Shown here: piece by piece, positions 16,899 to 25,178 of the stretch
Numbering within the stretch: the stretch's first letter is position 1
How the letters are laid out: every line of letters begins with the position of its first letter
NCBI GenBank assembly: GCA_038736825.1
Contig: JAVYME010000003.1
Location: 1 to 32,000, forward strand
Source of the DNA: Candidatus Iainarchaeum sp.
GTDB taxonomy: Archaea; Iainarchaeota; Iainarchaeia; Iainarchaeales; DTGL01
Direction: 5' to 3'
DNA: 32,000 bases
Translations under genes and position numbers: made by a program
The notes under the pieces: generated by a model
The model's database searches: none
What the model saw: the letters and a program-made list of their open reading frames with translations, nothing else
What the model was told of the DNA's origin: nothing

Positions 16899-17678
16899 AT
16901 GACAACCAGAATAGTTTTTTTAAAAAAGAAAAAATTCAAGAACGCTGTTTTGGTTTGCGGTCTGCCTGGAATAGGCTTGGTTGGCAAAATCGCTTTGGAC
17001 TACCTTTTAAAGCAATGCAGGACTGAAAAAATAGCTGATGTTTATTCTGACTCTTTTCCTCCAAGCGTGCACACAGAAAAAGGCGTAATGAGCCTTATTC
17101 GTGACGAAATTTTTCTTTTTGAATTTAAAGGGCGCTCTTTTTTGTTCCTTGCCGGGCCGGTTCAGCCTTCCCTGGACATAAGGTTTTCGTCTCCACAGGA
17201 CCACTACGAGTTCGCGCAAAAAATAGTTTTTGAAATGAAGTCTGTTGGAGTCAAAGAAGTGTATTCTCTTGCAGGCATTAATGTTGGCGACAAGCGAATG
17301 GAACAAGAGCCAAGGATTGTTGTTGCTGTGACAAAAAAGGAATTGATTCCAGTGTTTGCCAAGCTTGGTGCAATAGTGGATTCGCATGGCGGACTGATTT
17401 CTGGTGCAGCCGGGCTTTTGCCTGGACTGGCTGCAGAGCAAGGAATTCATGGGGCTTGCATAATGGGTGAAACCAATGCCAGGCTGGTTTATGGCGATCA
17501 CGGGGCTGCAAAAAAGGTTTTAGAGTTATTGGTGAAAATGTTTGGCTTTAAACTGGACATGAAAAACATTGAAAAGGAAGCCAAAAACATAGAGAAAGCC
17601 TTTGCCACCCTTAACAAGCAATTAGCGGAGCGCAAGGAAGAAGAGCACGTGGAAGACTCGCTGAGCTATGTAAGATAG
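16899..17678 (+). CDS. PAC2-family proteasome assembly chaperone-like protein (COG1938)
   Basis: An N-terminal VLVCGLPGIGLVGKIALDYL motif is followed by ...LAGINVG... and a C-terminal coiled tail. Its position downstream of aIF2-alpha is the usual archaeal context. I chose ATG 16899. Confidence 0.8.
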   Translation: MTTRIVFLKKKKFKNAVLVCGLPGIGLVGKIALDYLLKQCRTEKIADVYSDSFPPSVHTEKGVMSLIRDEIFLFEFKGRSFLFLAGPVQPSLDIRFSSPQDHYEFAQKIVFEMKSVGVKEVYSLAGINVGDKRMEQEPRIVVAVTKKELIPVFAKLGAIVDSHGGLISGAAGLLPGLAAEQGIHGACIMGETNARLVYGDHGAAKKVLELLVKMFGFKLDMKNIEKEAKNIEKAFATLNKQLAERKEEEHVEDSLSYVR

Positions 17679-17726
17679 TTTTTTTTTTGAACTTCTTTCT
17701 CATGTTTGCTTGGAATAGTAATACAT

Positions 17727-18995
17727 TCAGAATTCTCCAAGCGTTTTTTGTCCCTTAAAGGACGTATTGCAGTCCAAAAAGTCCTTTAATTCAATTCTTT
17801 TTTTCTCAAATTCTTCCATTGAATCACAGATTACGGGTTTGCCGTAATTGCCTCCCCCGCCTCCAATGTAGTGCACTAAGCCTTTCCTGAAGGATTCTAT
17901 TTTTTTTGCAATTTCTTCATTTATTTCCATGAGTTCCACTATTGGCGCGTCAACAAGCGCTCTTATTTCAGAGCCAAAGCATTGAATGAATTTAAGCCAT
18001 AGCGCTTGCACTTTTTGGGATTCCGGTTTTTCTATTCCTGTTGCAATGCTTATTATTTCAGCCAAGGGAATGCTGTGCATGTATTGGGGCCTGAATTCTG
18101 GGTGGATTTCTTCACTGAATTTTGCCAGTTCCATTATGCGGTCGCGGACTCCCTTTTTTATTGTTCCATTGCAGCGAGGGCACTTCCATTTCATTTTTTT
18201 TGCGCTTTCAATTGAATATTTTTGAAAGCATTGAGTGCATGCAGTGCAATGGTATTTTCCTTCGCGAGGGTCAAGCCCGACATTTAGTAAAAACACTCCT
18301 GTCTTTTTTTCTTTTAATGCTTTTTTTAGTCCTTCAAATGAAGGCGTTTTCATTTCAATTCTTGTGAATTCCCTTCCAATGCGGTGAGGCCATGGCGAGT
18401 GCGAGTCTGAACAGCACAAAAAATGGAATTTGTGGTTTTCCTCTATGAGGTCTGCAAAATAGGAGTCAGCTGAAAGCCCTAATTCTATGAAATCAATTTC
18501 GCCAGCCATTGATTTGTAGCAGTCGGCAATTGAATTGAAGTGAGAGTAAACCGAAAAATAGGGCGTGAATGCGTGCGCTGGCCCAATCAAGCCGCCTGCT
18601 TCTTTCACTTTTTCTGCAATGGTTTCAGCGCTTGCTTTAAGAGTGGGTCTTCCAAAGCCCAAACCGTCAAGCTTTCCGAATTTTTGAAGCATGGAGCGCA
18701 GTTTTTCTACTGCGTTGAAGTCAGGCAGGAAAACCAAGTGGTGCACTCTGTTTGAATCATTGATTTCTGTTTGCAGTAAAAAGGCTGTTCTTGATTCTTT
18801 TTCGAGAAAGCAGTGGTTTTCTTCAAATAGTGAGGCTTTGGCTTGTTGTAACCATTCTTTGTTCAAAATGTCGCCTGTTGCCATTAATTGCAATCCTTTA
18901 AGTTTTGCCTGCATTCCAAGGGCTTGTATTGTCATGTTTTTGCTGACTCCCCCTGAATAATAGCCGTGCAAGTGCAAATCGCAATCGGTTTGCAA
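17727..18995 (-). CDS. endoQ: Endonuclease Q (PHP-domain nuclease for deaminated bases; TIGR00375 family)
   Basis: It is colinear with Pyrococcus EndoQ as I recall it. Shared motifs are CDLHLHGYYSGGVSKNMT, GPAHAFTPYFSVY, IDFIELGLSADS, SDSHSPWPHRIGREFTRIEMK, the zinc finger GKYHCTACTQC...WKCPRCNGTIKKGVRDRI, FGSEIRALVDAPI and GGGGGNYGKP. Confidence 0.85.
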   Translation of the reverse strand: MQTDCDLHLHGYYSGGVSKNMTIQALGMQAKLKGLQLMATGDILNKEWLQQAKASLFEENHCFLEKESRTAFLLQTEINDSNRVHHLVFLPDFNAVEKLRSMLQKFGKLDGLGFGRPTLKASAETIAEKVKEAGGLIGPAHAFTPYFSVYSHFNSIADCYKSMAGEIDFIELGLSADSYFADLIEENHKFHFLCCSDSHSPWPHRIGREFTRIEMKTPSFEGLKKALKEKKTGVFLLNVGLDPREGKYHCTACTQCFQKYSIESAKKMKWKCPRCNGTIKKGVRDRIMELAKFSEEIHPEFRPQYMHSIPLAEIISIATGIEKPESQKVQALWLKFIQCFGSEIRALVDAPIVELMEINEEIAKKIESFRKGLVHYIGGGGGNYGKPVICDSMEEFEKKRIELKDFLDCNTSFKGQKTLGEF

Positions 18996-19061
18996 AAAAA
19001 CACCATTATTAAATCGCTTCTGGAATTATTTTTTCTAGGAAACATATTTTAAGGGGTTTTA

Positions 19062-20087
19062 ATGAAGGAAGCGCTTTTTTATTCCAGAAAAGGCGGGCTG
19101 GTGCAATGCTTTCTTTGCAACAGGCGTTGCTTGATTGGTGAAGGCAAAACCGGTTTTTGCAGGGTTAGAAAAAATGTTGGAGGAGTGCTTCAGTCTTTGG
19201 TTTACGGCAAGGCTTTGACTCTTTCAGTGGATCCAATTGAAAAAAAGCCTTTTTACAATTTCATGCCTGGCTCTTTTTGCACAAGTGTTTCCACTTATGG
19301 TTGCAATTTTTCTTGCCTTTTTTGCCAAAACCATGGCATTTCACAGGATTTCACGGAAAAAATGGTTGAAGCAGTGCCTTTTGTTTCACCTGAAACAATT
19401 GTGGAGCGTTCTTTGAATGAAGGTGTTGAAGGCATTTCTTATACTTATGTTGAGCCCACAATTTTTGCAGAGTTTGCGCTTGACATTATGCGGATTGCAA
19501 GGAAAAAAGGGCTTTACAATGTGTGGGTGAGCAATGGCTATATGTCCAAAGAAGCAGTGCTGGTTTTATCCAAGCACTTGGATGCAATCAACATTGATTT
19601 AAAGGGGGATGCCGGGTTTTATAAAAAAATGTGCGGCAATGCTGATGTTGAAAAGGTTAAGGAGTCAATTAGATTGTTTTTCAAGAAAGGGGTTCATGTT
19701 GAGGTGACAAACCTTATAGTGCCAGGCTATAACGATAAAGATGAACAGTTGGAGGAAATTGCTGGTTTTATTGCCTCAATTGACAAAAGAATGCCATTGC
19801 ATTTTTCGAGGTTTTTTCCACACTACAAGATGTCTGGCACTCCAATAACTCCAGCGAGTGTTTTGGAAAAGGCTTTTGAGATTGCAAAGCAAGAGGGCTT
19901 AAAATATGTTTATTTGGGCAATTTCAGTCAAGGGCAAGACACTTATTGTCCTGAATGCGGCAGGCTTTTGATTGCACGACAGGGTTTTTCGGTTGCAGTT
20001 TCAGGCTTGAATGAAAAGGGAAAATGCGTTTTTTGCAATAGCAAAACCGGCATAATTATGCAAAACCCATCCAAAAAAGCAAAATAA
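19062..20087 (+). CDS. amrS: AmmeMemoRadiSam-system radical SAM enzyme (PflA-like activase family)
   Basis: The N-terminal Cys cluster is VQCFLCNRRCLIGEGKTGFCRVR, followed by DPIEKKPFYNFMPGS. The radical SAM motif is GCNFSCLFCQN, and the C-terminal CPECG...CVFC is as in this family. No AMMECR1 or Memo genes are adjacent. Confidence 0.85.
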   Translation: MKEALFYSRKGGLVQCFLCNRRCLIGEGKTGFCRVRKNVGGVLQSLVYGKALTLSVDPIEKKPFYNFMPGSFCTSVSTYGCNFSCLFCQNHGISQDFTEKMVEAVPFVSPETIVERSLNEGVEGISYTYVEPTIFAEFALDIMRIARKKGLYNVWVSNGYMSKEAVLVLSKHLDAINIDLKGDAGFYKKMCGNADVEKVKESIRLFFKKGVHVEVTNLIVPGYNDKDEQLEEIAGFIASIDKRMPLHFSRFFPHYKMSGTPITPASVLEKAFEIAKQEGLKYVYLGNFSQGQDTYCPECGRLLIARQGFSVAVSGLNEKGKCVFCNSKTGIIMQNPSKKAK

Positions 20088-20094
20088 AAGCAAT

Positions 20095-20454
20095 TCAAAG
20101 GACGCCAAAAAATTTTAGCAATAGCACTGAACCAATTCCAGCCAACCCAAAAACAATGCTTGCAACAAGGCTTGGAATTAAAGGCATTTCTATTTGGAAA
20201 ACAAAAAACACTAAAGCCCAAGCAATCAAGCCTAAAATGGAATTTATTATGATTTTTTTAAGAAAAACTATGATGAGCACTGTGACAATTATTAGCGCGA
20301 TGGCTGTTGCAAGGATTGCTGGGTTTCCTGCAAGAACTGCAATCTGGCTTTCTGCGACCTCTGCTCCTTTTTTTGTCACTTCACCTACTGCACTGCCAAT
20401 ATTGGCAGCGCCTGGAATATCTGCAGCACTCAAAACAAGCAACAAGGTTTTCAT
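20095..20454 (-). CDS. Small membrane protein with a signal-like N-terminus, possibly BofA-like
   Basis: The 119-aa protein starts MKTLLLVLSAA, followed by an amphipathic segment and then three hydrophobic helices. The last segment (IPSLVASIVFGLAGIGSVLLLKFF) loosely resembles the BofA family C-terminus. The family call is weak. Confidence 0.45.
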   Translation of the reverse strand: MKTLLLVLSAADIPGAANIGSAVGEVTKKGAEVAESQIAVLAGNPAILATAIALIIVTVLIIVFLKKIIINSILGLIAWALVFFVFQIEMPLIPSLVASIVFGLAGIGSVLLLKFFGVL

Positions 20455-20619
20455 GAAATAATTTGCCCGAGAAAGCCTTTTAATGTTTTTTCAAGCATTA
20501 AACCAAAAAGTTTTGTTGAACTAAACAGTTTTTTGAACCACTCGCATAATTTTGGATTTTTTTTTACCAACACTCTTTTTAACAATTATTCTGGAAATTC
20601 TTTATTCAAAGGTGTTTTT

Positions 20620-21264
20620 TTGGCGCGCTTTAATTATCTTCAAACCAAGATTGCAATTGCCTTGCTGAAAGGCTGCAAAGACATTCCGCAAATTTCCAAA
20701 ATGGTGGGAGAAGATTTTGCTGTAGTGGAAAAAGAACTGAAAGCCCTTGTTTTAATGGGGATTGTTGAAAGAAAAGAGGATGCTTTTGCATTAAAGCCCG
20801 AAATTGCCAAAGAAATAAGCCGCAGGAAAGAAATAGAAGAGCAAGACTCTTTCAAGGTAAGGCTGATTGCGTCCATTGAAAACCAGGCTTTAAGCGAAAA
20901 AGTGGTGGAAAAAAACCTTCAACTCTTGCAAGAACAAATAAAAAAAGACCCAGAATTTATTGTTTACAATATAGAAACAGGCAAGCCACAAAAACAAGGC
21001 GAAGAATACTATAGTGGCTTTGTGGAAGTAAACTTTTCAGCCAAAAACTTTAATTCAATTATTAGATTTATATTAATGTACTCTCCAACAGTAATAGAAG
21101 TAGTAAAACCGCCAAAAGCAGAATTCACTGCATTTGATTTGCAGGAAGGCTTTATGGATTTAAGCGATTGGGTGTTCAAATACAATGCATTCATTAAATC
21201 GCACATGGAAAGGCAGGAAATAGAAGCCTTCAACAAAACCCTGTTTCAACAAAAAAAGAAATGA
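20620..21264 (+). CDS. Winged-helix (MarR/ArsR-like) DNA-binding protein with an uncharacterised C-terminal alpha/beta domain
   Basis: The wHTH-like segment is LQTKIAIALLKGCKDIPQISKMVGEDFAVVEKELKALVLMGIVERKEDAFALKP. The start is uncertain. The ORF opens at TTG 20533, but its first 29 codons are T-rich low complexity. TTG 20620 is preceded by aaggtg at a 5 nt spacing. Confidence 0.5.
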   Translation: MARFNYLQTKIAIALLKGCKDIPQISKMVGEDFAVVEKELKALVLMGIVERKEDAFALKPEIAKEISRRKEIEEQDSFKVRLIASIENQALSEKVVEKNLQLLQEQIKKDPEFIVYNIETGKPQKQGEEYYSGFVEVNFSAKNFNSIIRFILMYSPTVIEVVKPPKAEFTAFDLQEGFMDLSDWVFKYNAFIKSHMERQEIEAFNKTLFQQKKK

Positions 21265-21370
21265 AAAAAAACACAAAAAATGCTTTCGCAAATCAACGAA
21301 ATGTGTTTCCACAATTATAGTAAAAATGCCCTTATTGGGCGTTTTTTAACTGTTTTCAGGGAATAAAAAA

Positions 21371-21386
21371 CCGAAACCTATATAAA
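21371..21386 (+). promoter_or_regulatory. Archaeal BRE/TATA promoter of the S-layer gene (ccgaaacc + tatataaa)
   Basis: A consensus-like TATA box (tatataaa, 21379-21386) has a purine-containing BRE-like cgaaa just upstream, about 120 nt before the start codon. A second TATA-like element (tttatagt, 21403-21410) follows 24 nt later. Both are followed by the same heptamer, aagccac. Confidence 0.5.
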
Positions 21387-21503
21387 CAAGCCACTCTAAG
21401 GATTTATAGTTAAGCCACAATTGCCCAAAACTTTTCTCTCATAGAGATAAGTTTGTAGGCATTTTTGGCTATTTAGTTTCAAAAAAAAGAGGTGAAACAA
21501 AAC

Positions 21504-24416
21504 ATGAAAAGATTGGACGTCAAGAAACTGGCGGCCATAGGTGCAGGAGCTGCCTTGATTGGCATGGCTTTGGCTCCAATGGCTGCAGCGGCACTGACGA
21601 AAAACGAAGTGCTAAAAGGAGACAACACTCCTTTTGACGTCGTTGTCGGAAAAAACGCAGCAACATCCGACTATTTGTGGGCTGGCAACATTGCAGCAAA
21701 ACTTGCACAGCTTGCATCTGCCGACACGGCGGTTTCTTGCACAGCAATAGGCTGGCAGGAAGGAAAAGGTCCAACAGGCACAGGCTCAAGCACTGACTGC
21801 CCATTGACAGACCTTTCAGTGGACTTGGCAGTAGGAGGAACAAGCATTTTAAAGCCAGGAACAGGGTACTCTTACACAAGCGCATACCTTACCTCTAGTG
21901 ATTCACTTCCTTCACCAGTGGAATGGAACAATGGCATGCTCGGCAAAGCGCAAGTGGACTCGTTGCTGGACACAACTTGGTCATACAAGTACAATAACGG
22001 CAACTACACGCAAACAGTGAAGGAATTCATTGGAGTAAAGGTCAACGCCAAAATGGACACAAGGAACGACGTGAAAGACTTGGTTGCATACATGACAGCC
22101 CCGGGCGACTTCAATTACATGGTGCGCTTGGGTGCAGGAATTCCCTACAACCCGTCTTTCATAAAGAACGACCAAAACCTGATTTACGTGCCATGGTTCG
22201 GCAAAAAGCTGGTATTGCTCAGCGCAAACTCGAGTGAAGTCAAACTGATTGACGAATCGAAAAAACAGTCCTACTATGCTGGCGAAAAGATTCCAAACAT
22301 TAAGGGTAAAGGCGACTATGCTGGAAAAGACCTCACCCTGGAATTCTCTTCACTCATCTACAGAGCAACCCAGGGAACCTATGAAGCCAGATTCCGCCTT
22401 TACAACGATGCCGGAACCCTTATAGACGAAAAAACCATAACTCAGCCAGGAACCTTCCTTGAAAGCGTCTTCACTCAAATGGAAACATCAGTTTATGTCG
22501 ACGACTTTGCAAAAGAAGACATAACTGACAAGGGCTTTGTCACAGTGACAGTTGGTTCCAACACAGTGATGTTGGTTGACGGCGGAATTTACCCATACGA
22601 TTCAACAGTCACATCCAACAGCAAAAAATACTGGATAACTAAGTTCACAAAAACCACTGCAACTGTTGGAGCAACAAGCAATGTTCCAGTAATCTCTGAA
22701 ATAACAGTCTACAACAACGGCATAGAAAACTATAGTGCTTGGAACAACAAGAACCCGCTTTGGGCTACAGCTGACTCGTTAAACGAGCACTCAGCAGCCA
22801 AAGCAGTGTTCCTCAACGGAGCACCAGAAGGCTCGCTGGGATACGGCTATGCTGCTGTTGAATTCAAGGGCTGGAAAACCGGAGAAGAAACCACTTGCAT
22901 GGAAATCGGAGCAGACATATCCGCAACCAAGGACACTAAGGCAAGCGACAAGGGAATCACCTATTTGGACACAGGAGACAATTGGCACGCAATACCATTC
23001 TATATAAGCAGCTTGTACAGCACCACAGAACAAGACTTCATCTTCGACAAAGCAATGAACAAAAAATATTATTTCAGAATGGGAACAAGTGCCACTGACT
23101 TGAATGTCTGCAACGGCGACTACTTGAACGGCATACCAGTAAGAGTTGTAAGCGGTTCAGGAATAGCCATAGACGGCGGCAACTACGGTAACACAGTAGG
23201 AGCAACCGTTGACGTAAACGGAGTTGCCTATGTGATAAGAGCTCAAGCAACAGGCGACAACTGCATAAGGCTTGACACAAACGGCTGGTTCCAGATTTCA
23301 AAGCAATCCTTCGACAACCCTCTGGAAATGGTCAAAGGCTATGCAGGCAACACTGTTTGGAACGACAGGTTCTACTTTGACTCAAAGAACACCATTACAG
23401 CATACCCTTCAGCCAAAGTGGAACTAATAGGCGACAACGAAGTACCATTCTATTATGCCTACGCCTATGACGGTTCAGGCCGCATCTGGCTAATGTTGGA
23501 TGCATCAACCAACTTTGCGCCAAAATGGGGTAATGCAGACATCGCACTGGTTGGAACAGAAATCAACAACCAGACAGAAACAGGCACTCCAAACACAACC
23601 TTCTATGTGCCAGACGATTTTGCATTGGACTCAGGCAACAGAAGCGGCTATTACAGAATAGCTACGTTCAACATCACTGACGGCGACGGCTCAGGAACAG
23701 GTTCAGTATACATCAACACCATGACAGGCGGACTGGCTCCTGTTGGAAACACAAACCTCACAGGTTACACCTATGAGGCAAGCTTTACAGGAAACAGCAC
23801 AACCTTGAACCTGACCTATGACAACCCATCCTACAACATACAGAAAGCCTGGACAGACTATGGTTCCAAGATAGAGATTGAAAAAGAAGGCTCTTGGAAG
23901 ATGTGCTATCCGCAAAACAGGAGATACGTCCACATGCAGGTTTTGGGGCCAAACGCTGAGTTTACAGTGTCAGGAGACAAAATTGAAGGCATCAAAGAAG
24001 GAGAAACCAAAACCACTCCAAACAACCTCAGCGTGACAATAACCAAAATCTATGGAACCTGCGGAAAGTGCGAGTGCGCGCCAGGCGGCGGAGTCCTTCC
24101 AGGCGACGTAAAACTCAAAGTTGAGCCAAGCACTATCAGGGATGTCAAAAAGATTGGCACACAAATAGTGTACACAGATGATGTTGGCCCAAAGAGCAAC
24201 GTCGTAATAGTCGGAGGACACCTTGTCAACAGGTTGGCTAAGGAAGCCACTTTCGAAGACGGATTGTCATTGGCTGACAAGTTGACTTCTGCTGGACAGA
24301 AAGTCACTTTGAAGACTGCAGATGGCGACTGGGTTGTAGCAGGATTCACTGCAAGCGACACAGCTAGCGCTGCCAGGGACTTCATAGAGTGGCTTGACCA
24401 AGCCTTCGGAAAATAA
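21504..24416 (+). CDS. S-layer / major cell-surface glycoprotein precursor
   Basis: ATG 21504 is preceded by gaggtga (21489-21495). The Sec signal peptide is KKLAAIGAGAALIGMALAPMAAAAL. The 970-aa protein is rich in Thr, Asn, Gly and Tyr, with at least 11 N-X-S/T sequons by eye. The C-terminal module (NVVIVGGHLVNRLAKE...DWVVAGFTASDTASAARDFIEWL) resembles the conserved C-terminus of methanococcal-type S-layer proteins. GC and codon bias are visibly higher than in neighbouring genes. Confidence 0.8.
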   Translation: MKRLDVKKLAAIGAGAALIGMALAPMAAAALTKNEVLKGDNTPFDVVVGKNAATSDYLWAGNIAAKLAQLASADTAVSCTAIGWQEGKGPTGTGSSTDCPLTDLSVDLAVGGTSILKPGTGYSYTSAYLTSSDSLPSPVEWNNGMLGKAQVDSLLDTTWSYKYNNGNYTQTVKEFIGVKVNAKMDTRNDVKDLVAYMTAPGDFNYMVRLGAGIPYNPSFIKNDQNLIYVPWFGKKLVLLSANSSEVKLIDESKKQSYYAGEKIPNIKGKGDYAGKDLTLEFSSLIYRATQGTYEARFRLYNDAGTLIDEKTITQPGTFLESVFTQMETSVYVDDFAKEDITDKGFVTVTVGSNTVMLVDGGIYPYDSTVTSNSKKYWITKFTKTTATVGATSNVPVISEITVYNNGIENYSAWNNKNPLWATADSLNEHSAAKAVFLNGAPEGSLGYGYAAVEFKGWKTGEETTCMEIGADISATKDTKASDKGITYLDTGDNWHAIPFYISSLYSTTEQDFIFDKAMNKKYYFRMGTSATDLNVCNGDYLNGIPVRVVSGSGIAIDGGNYGNTVGATVDVNGVAYVIRAQATGDNCIRLDTNGWFQISKQSFDNPLEMVKGYAGNTVWNDRFYFDSKNTITAYPSAKVELIGDNEVPFYYAYAYDGSGRIWLMLDASTNFAPKWGNADIALVGTEINNQTETGTPNTTFYVPDDFALDSGNRSGYYRIATFNITDGDGSGTGSVYINTMTGGLAPVGNTNLTGYTYEASFTGNSTTLNLTYDNPSYNIQKAWTDYGSKIEIEKEGSWKMCYPQNRRYVHMQVLGPNAEFTVSGDKIEGIKEGETKTTPNNLSVTITKIYGTCGKCECAPGGGVLPGDVKLKVEPSTIRDVKKIGTQIVYTDDVGPKSNVVIVGGHLVNRLAKEATFEDGLSLADKLTSAGQKVTLKTADGDWVVAGFTASDTASAARDFIEWLDQAFGK

Positions 24417-24425
24417 ATAGGCAAT

Positions 24426-24461
24426 AAAGAAAAGGAATTTTTTTCCTTTTCTTTTTTTTTT
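24426..24461 (+). terminator. Hairpin plus oligo-T terminator of the S-layer gene
   Basis: A perfect 12-bp inverted repeat (aaagaaaaggaa at 24426-24437 and ttccttttcttt at 24443-24454) has a ttttt loop. It runs directly into a T-run and further pyrimidine tracts up to about 24485. Oligo-T is the known archaeal termination signal. Confidence 0.55.
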
Positions 24462-24551
24462 ATTTTTTCCTTTTTCTTTTTTTTCACTCTCTTTATAAAT
24501 CCTTGTTTTCACTCTTTAATGTTCATGAAATCAATTTTGGAGGATAATTTA

Positions 24552-25178
24552 ATGCAATCCAAGCCTTTTTTTGTGTTGGTGCTTGCACTGTTTTTTTTAA
24601 TTGTTTTTTTTGGTTGTGCAGGCCCAAAAGAAAAGGCGGCTTTTGAATGGAATTCTGGGAGCGCTTTTTATCAGTCAAATGTTGGCGAACCCAAGGAATT
24701 ATTAAGGGGTTTTTCGGTTAAAGAGAAAGTGGTTGTGGCAATAGAGCTTTGGCTTGATGAGCCTGGAAAAAACGCGGATATTTTCAATAATGCCTTTATT
24801 CCTTTTTATGCAGTGGTGGCTGGAAATGACAGGAATGCAGTGCAAGTGGTTGTTTTTAAGACAGCTGATGGCAGAATCTCTAAATGTCATACAAATCATG
24901 GCGACCTAAAAACCCAAGAAATCCTGGAAAGCATTGAGTGTGAGTCTTTCCTTGCAGGAACTGGTTCTGGATTGATTGTGTTCTTCAATATGCCTGATGC
25001 TTCTTTGAATCGTTCTGTTGTCTGGCTTGAGGAAAACAAGGCAATCCTTAAAGCAAAAAACGCTGAAGACTTGGTAATAATGTCTCGCTCTCTTGCAGAA
25101 CAGCTTTACCCTAACGCTAAAGAAATTCTGGCAAAAACCAGGGAAAAGCTCGGAGAAGTTGGTGGAGTTAAAAAGTGA
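24552..25178 (+). CDS. Hypothetical secreted protein / putative lipoprotein
   Basis: ATG 24552 is preceded by ggagga (24539-24544) and a TATA box (tttataaa, 24492-24499). The N-terminus (MQSKPFFVLVLALFFLIVFFGCAGPKEK) is a signal peptide ending in a lipobox-like FFGC. The mature part has no recognised family. Confidence 0.55.
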   Translation: MQSKPFFVLVLALFFLIVFFGCAGPKEKAAFEWNSGSAFYQSNVGEPKELLRGFSVKEKVVVAIELWLDEPGKNADIFNNAFIPFYAVVAGNDRNAVQVVVFKTADGRISKCHTNHGDLKTQEILESIECESFLAGTGSGLIVFFNMPDASLNRSVVWLEENKAILKAKNAEDLVIMSRSLAEQLYPNAKEILAKTREKLGEVGGVKK

